Both the position numbers and the translations under genes were made by a program. The notes below the pieces were generated by a model. The model did no database searches. It had not been told where the DNA came from and saw only the letters and a program-made list of their open reading frames with translations. 64,000 bases of DNA from Hyphomicrobiales bacterium (GTDB taxonomy: Bacteria; Pseudomonadota; Alphaproteobacteria; Rhizobiales; OSC116): NCBI GenBank assembly GCA_002401855.1, contig NVUH01000015.1, positions 10,231-74,230 of the forward strand, read 5' to 3'. Below are positions 60,189 through 64,000 of the stretch, piece by piece. Within the stretch, counting starts at the first letter, position 1. The number at the start of each line of letters is the position of its first letter.

Positions 60189-61706
60189 CTACTTAACGTC
60201 TAATGTAGGTTTTTTGACTTTAAACCAGCGGTTTAATAAAGCTGGTATGACAATAACGGCTAGCGCACAAACATAAAGAATGATGCTTTTCCAATTATTA
60301 AATAAAATGCTCCAATCACCTGCTGAAATCGATAAAGCACGGCGTAAATTATCTTCAAGTAAACCACCCAATACAAAGCCCAGAATGACTGGTGCTAACG
60401 GGAAATCAAGCTTGCGCAATATCCAGCCAAAAATACCTAAAATAATGATTAAATATAGATCAAACGGATTGCTAACAATTGAATAGACACCGATAAATGC
60501 CAATACTGCAATAATTGGTGTTAAATAATGCTGAGGCACAGTTAACATTCTAGAGAATATGCCAACCATCGGCAGGTTGATAACCAAAAGAGCAATATTA
60601 CCAACATACATCGAAGCAATCAAACCCCATGCAATTTCAGGCCGCTGCATAAACATCATCGGGCCAGGTTGCACATTAAATAAAAGCAATGCACCGAGTA
60701 AAATTGCAGTCGTACCCGAACCTGGTATACCCAGCGTTAGCATTGGTACCATCGCACCACCAGCGGCAGCATTATTTGCAGCTTCCGGGGCAGCAAGGCC
60801 CCGAATATCACCTTTACCAAATTCACCAGCATCAGAACCTGCAAAGCGTTTTTCAAACCCATAAGCCACTGCTGATGCAACTGATGCGCCCGTACCAGGT
60901 AAAATACCAATGAAAAAACCAATGATTGAACAACGTAAAATTGTCCATTTTGTTTTTGCTAAATCCGACATTCGAACGAATGAATTATCTATAGGCAACG
61001 CCTTTAGTTTACCTGAAACCTGTTGTTCAACTAAATAGAACAACTCCGCCATCCCAAAAAGTCCAATAACAACCACTAGAAAATCTATGCCAGCCAAAAG
61101 ATCTGGCACGTCAAATGTATAACGCGGAATACCTGTATTGGCATCAATACCCATGGTTGCCAACATCAAACCAATGAGCGCACCCATAAACGTTTTCCAT
61201 GCATTTTTACCAACCAATGAAGCTAGCGAAGCAAAAGCAAAAACCATCAATGCAACATAATCAGAAGGCGAGAAAGTAACGGCAATTTTAGCGAGTGAAG
61301 GGCCAAAAAGTGACATCAAAATAACTGCGAAAGTACCACCTATAAATGAAGCTATAGCCGATAACGACAATGCCCGCCCCGCTTCACCACGCCGCGCCAT
61401 TGGATTGCCATCTAGCGTCGTCATCACCGCACCAGCATCGCCTGGTACATTTAACAAAATCGAAGATATTCTGCCACCATATTCAGCGCCATAATATATA
61501 CCCGCTAGTAAAATCAGCGCGCTTTCTGCTGGCAGCCCTAAACTGTAGGCGATCGGCAAAAGAATAGCGACGCCATTTATTGGGCCTATACCCGGTAACG
61601 CGCCGATCAGCGTTCCAGCAAAACAACCAATAAGCACAAGCATAATATTAAAAGGTAATAGCGCAACACCAAAACCAGTACTTAAACCAGAAAGAACTTC
61701 TTGCAT
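60189..61706 (-). CDS. tctA: Tripartite tricarboxylate transporter large subunit
   Basis: GALPGIGP, EYGGRISSILLNVPGD, APEAANNA, LGIPGSGTTA. Confidence 0.93.
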   Translation of the reverse strand: MQEVLSGLSTGFGVALLPFNIMLVLIGCFAGTLIGALPGIGPINGVAILLPIAYSLGLPAESALILLAGIYYGAEYGGRISSILLNVPGDAGAVMTTLDGNPMARRGEAGRALSLSAIASFIGGTFAVILMSLFGPSLAKIAVTFSPSDYVALMVFAFASLASLVGKNAWKTFMGALIGLMLATMGIDANTGIPRYTFDVPDLLAGIDFLVVVIGLFGMAELFYLVEQQVSGKLKALPIDNSFVRMSDLAKTKWTILRCSIIGFFIGILPGTGASVASAVAYGFEKRFAGSDAGEFGKGDIRGLAAPEAANNAAAGGAMVPMLTLGIPGSGTTAILLGALLLFNVQPGPMMFMQRPEIAWGLIASMYVGNIALLVINLPMVGIFSRMLTVPQHYLTPIIAVLAFIGVYSIVSNPFDLYLIIILGIFGWILRKLDFPLAPVILGFVLGGLLEDNLRRALSISAGDWSILFNNWKSIILYVCALAVIVIPALLNRWFKVKKPTLDVK

Positions 61707-61717
61707 AATTTTATCTC

Positions 61718-62158
61718 TTACAATTTTGGAAAAGGTCCACTTGGGAGGTTAAGCCCCAAAAGACCAGTACAAATTAAATAACCTAACACCCCAAGAGTCA
61801 CCCCAAAAACAGCTGCTTGTAACCAAGTTGCTTGTAAAAGGCGCGACATAAATGTTGTAAATATTACGGTGGCGATAATAAAACCAAGCGGTTCATATAG
61901 CTCTGCATATGCAAATAATAGCACCGTAACAATCGCAAGCTTAATCCAGGTAGGTCTCTTCGTGTCGAAGCTTTCGACATCAGGTTTCCACATTAGAATG
62001 AGCAAGCTAATAACCGACAAAATACATAGTATTTGCGGCCAGCTTTCTGGGCCTAACGGATCATATTGAAAAGGTGCTTTAATAATAGTGAATGCGATGT
62101 AGCCATAACATATCGTCACTAAAAGTAATATTCCTGCAAATACTCTATCGACCATCAT
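61718..62158 (-). CDS. tctB: Tripartite tricarboxylate transporter small subunit
   Basis: YDPLGP..WP, EPLGF, L.LP.G. Confidence 0.9.
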   Translation of the reverse strand: MMVDRVFAGILLLVTICYGYIAFTIIKAPFQYDPLGPESWPQILCILSVISLLILMWKPDVESFDTKRPTWIKLAIVTVLLFAYAELYEPLGFIIATVIFTTFMSRLLQATWLQAAVFGVTLGVLGYLICTGLLGLNLPSGPFPKL

Positions 62159-62183
62159 AACCTCCCTAAAGATATTTGATCAC

Positions 62184-62214
62184 AAAAAGGCCCAGATAAT
62201 CGTCTATCTGGGCC
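62184..62214 (-). terminator. Hairpin with U tract after tctC
   Basis: ggcccagata / tatctgggcc followed by a U run on the minus strand. Confidence 0.6.
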
Positions 62215-62221
62215 CCAATAT

Positions 62222-63193
62222 TTATTGTTCAATCAAACCAGCTTCAATGGCAATTCCTCGTAATTTAACGATTAGCTCTTTGACTTTTTTATCCATGTCT
62301 GCACCATGCAATTCCAATGGCATTAAGCCTTTTTCCTTACGAATTTTCTTAAATTCGTCAGTTTTGTATGACTCAGCAAAAGCAGTAGCCCATGTTTGAA
62401 AATCTTCTTCTGGTACATCATTGCCCATATAAAAGCCGCGCATGATGGTCCATTCTGCGTCATAGCCCAATTCTATCGCTGTAGGAAACACGTCAAATGG
62501 AGCTGGTAAGCGTTCGCCAGACATAACAGCAAGTACACGCATAGTGCCTGCTTCGAGATGCGGTGCCATTTCACCAACATCACCCATATACACTTCGATC
62601 GAGCCACCAAGTAGAGCAGAAATCGCTTCACCACCGCCATCAAATGCTACATAACGCATATCACGTGGGTCAGAACCTACTGATTTTAGCAATAGAGCAC
62701 CTTTCATCCAATCCTGTGAACCAACAGAACCACCAGCTCCAACAACAATTTTACCTGGGTCAGTTTTAAAATCATCCATAAGATCGCTCAGTGTTTGATA
62801 CTTGCTTTTCACAGGTACAATTACCGCGCCAAAATCTGCGCCAGCTGTAGCGACAAATCTCACATCGTTTTCATCAAATTTTCCAAATTTTCCAGTAGCG
62901 ATATTCAATAAAGAACCACTTGAGAAAGCAACAATTGCATTTGAATCGCTTGTACGCTTGGTGTTAAATAAGTTAAAAGCCACGGCGCCAATACCACCAG
63001 GCATATAAATAACTTGTATAGGATCTTCAAACTGGCCCTTAAGCCCCATTTGAGCAATTCGACATGTCAAATCAAAGCCACCACCTGGTCTTGCCGGCGC
63101 AATGCACTCTGGTGAAGTGATTTCTGCAGAAGCAGAATTAGCAACACCCAAACAGGACGCAGCAACTAGCATTTTAAATATCATTGACTTCAT
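62222..63193 (-). CDS. tctC: Tripartite tricarboxylate transporter binding protein
   Basis: ECIAPA.PGGGFDLTC, MPGGIGAVA, GSQDWMK, FDGGGE. Confidence 0.92.
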   Translation of the reverse strand: MKSMIFKMLVAASCLGVANSASAEITSPECIAPARPGGGFDLTCRIAQMGLKGQFEDPIQVIYMPGGIGAVAFNLFNTKRTSDSNAIVAFSSGSLLNIATGKFGKFDENDVRFVATAGADFGAVIVPVKSKYQTLSDLMDDFKTDPGKIVVGAGGSVGSQDWMKGALLLKSVGSDPRDMRYVAFDGGGEAISALLGGSIEVYMGDVGEMAPHLEAGTMRVLAVMSGERLPAPFDVFPTAIELGYDAEWTIMRGFYMGNDVPEEDFQTWATAFAESYKTDEFKKIRKEKGLMPLELHGADMDKKVKELIVKLRGIAIEAGLIEQ

Positions 63194-63224
63194 TTTAGTT
63201 CTCCCTAAGACTATTTTGTTAATG

Positions 63225-63237
63225 ATTGTAGTACAAT
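63225..63237. promoter_or_regulatory. Candidate GntR operator
   Basis: Palindrome attgta-g-tacaat about 30 bp upstream of tctC, downstream of a minus-strand TTGACT. Confidence 0.55.
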
Positions 63238-63475
63238 ATTAATTTAGGCAAACCAAGTCAACCCCCAAAATTTATTTTGTAATAAATCTAATTTTCCCAG
63301 ATAGGTCAAAACATGATGCAGAGAGATTATTTTTAAAGCATCGCTTGCTTATCAGCACACCAACAACAAGACACACAGCAACACAACGCCAACAAGCATT
63401 ACGCAAGCAAACAACTCGCCCACACGAAACCCAATAAAAGCAAGGGTTGCAGCTGTGTATTAAATAAAATCAGTT

Positions 63476-64000
63476 TTATTTTTCGCTTTTAACAAGAAGC
63501 TGATCTTCAAGAGATGCCCAACTATTGTTAATATGACGACGCATAAGCAAGCTAGCAACCTCAGCATCACCAGCCACAATCGCATCAATAATACGCTCAT
63601 GTTCCGCCAATGCAAACCGACCTCGCCCCATAATACGCTCATGCTTTACCCTTAAAAGTGAAATTTGCGGGTATAATTCACCAGTTAAAAATTGCAAAAT
63701 AACAGGATTGTATGACAATTTAGCGATTACAATATGAAAATCTCGATCTTCGTCACTTTGTAAATATGCACCAGTAGGATGAACAGCAACTTGTTGAGTG
63801 TGTTCTTGCAATAAGGCACGAAGTTTATGCGCCGCATCAGGATTTATCGCTGCTGCAGCAAGATATGCAGCTTCAGCCTCAAGAGCAGCTCTTACTTGAT
63901 AAAGTGCACGGGCATCCTCTAAATCAATCACCCGAACTTTTGCACCACTATGAGGCACTAAAGTAACAATTCCTGCTTCTGCTAAGAGACTAAGTGCTGC
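63476..64000 (-). CDS. GntR-family regulator (FCD domain; 5' end outside the window)
   Basis: L..LAEAG.V...PHSGA.V, R.ALE, D.DFH, EH..II.AI..GD. Confidence 0.88.
   Translation of the reverse strand, partial: AALSLLAEAGIVTLVPHSGAKVRVIDLEDARALYQVRAALEAEAAYLAAAAINPDAAHKLRALLQEHTQQVAVHPTGAYLQSDEDRDFHIVIAKLSYNPVILQFLTGELYPQISLLRVKHERIMGRGRFALAEHERIIDAIVAGDAEVASLLMRRHINNSWASLEDQLLVKSEK

Noticed and set aside
55306-63400. TG-rich tract at about 55310 and CA-rich tract at about 63360 forming a loose inverted pair around the prp/tct block
   Set aside because: Only about 9 bp of exact match in low-complexity sequence, with no transposase or target duplication
1-64000. CRISPR array, rRNA, prophage or defence genes
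   Set aside because: No regularly spaced repeats, rRNA-like tracts or recognisable phage/defence proteins were seen

Overview
An AT-rich (about 40% GC by eye), probably marine alphaproteobacterial chromosomal segment dominated by nutrient-uptake and catabolic modules. From left to right: (1) sugar ABC transporter with a LacI regulator and perfect operator, lysophospholipase, Na/Pi cotransporter and a cytochrome b / c' pair. (2) A GntR-linked cluster with ferredoxin reductase, Rieske ferredoxin, two tandem amidohydrolase-fold proteins, a TctA-TctB fusion plus TctC, and a second 2Fe-2S ferredoxin. This layout matches an AibH1H2-type dinuclear monooxygenase of unknown substrate. (3) A DUF2946/CruR-like CxxC...RAPP ORF upstream of a secreted Met/His-rich DJ-1/PfpI enzyme. 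(4) An approximately 29 kb decayed island (about 19.6-49.1 kb) between related att-like scars, one matching the tRNA-Met 3' end, with large-serine-recombinase remnants. It holds four metal/chelate-type ABC importers (one with four tandem binding proteins), two methyltransferases, a cupin-cupin-DUF364-DUF1971-GNAT operon, IS debris and several pseudogenes. (5) TRAP + GMC oxidoreductase + LysR. (6) GntR-tctCBA-prpB-aconitase-prpF without prpC. No intact tRNA, rRNA or CRISPR array was seen. All family assignments come from motif recognition by eye, not from database searches.
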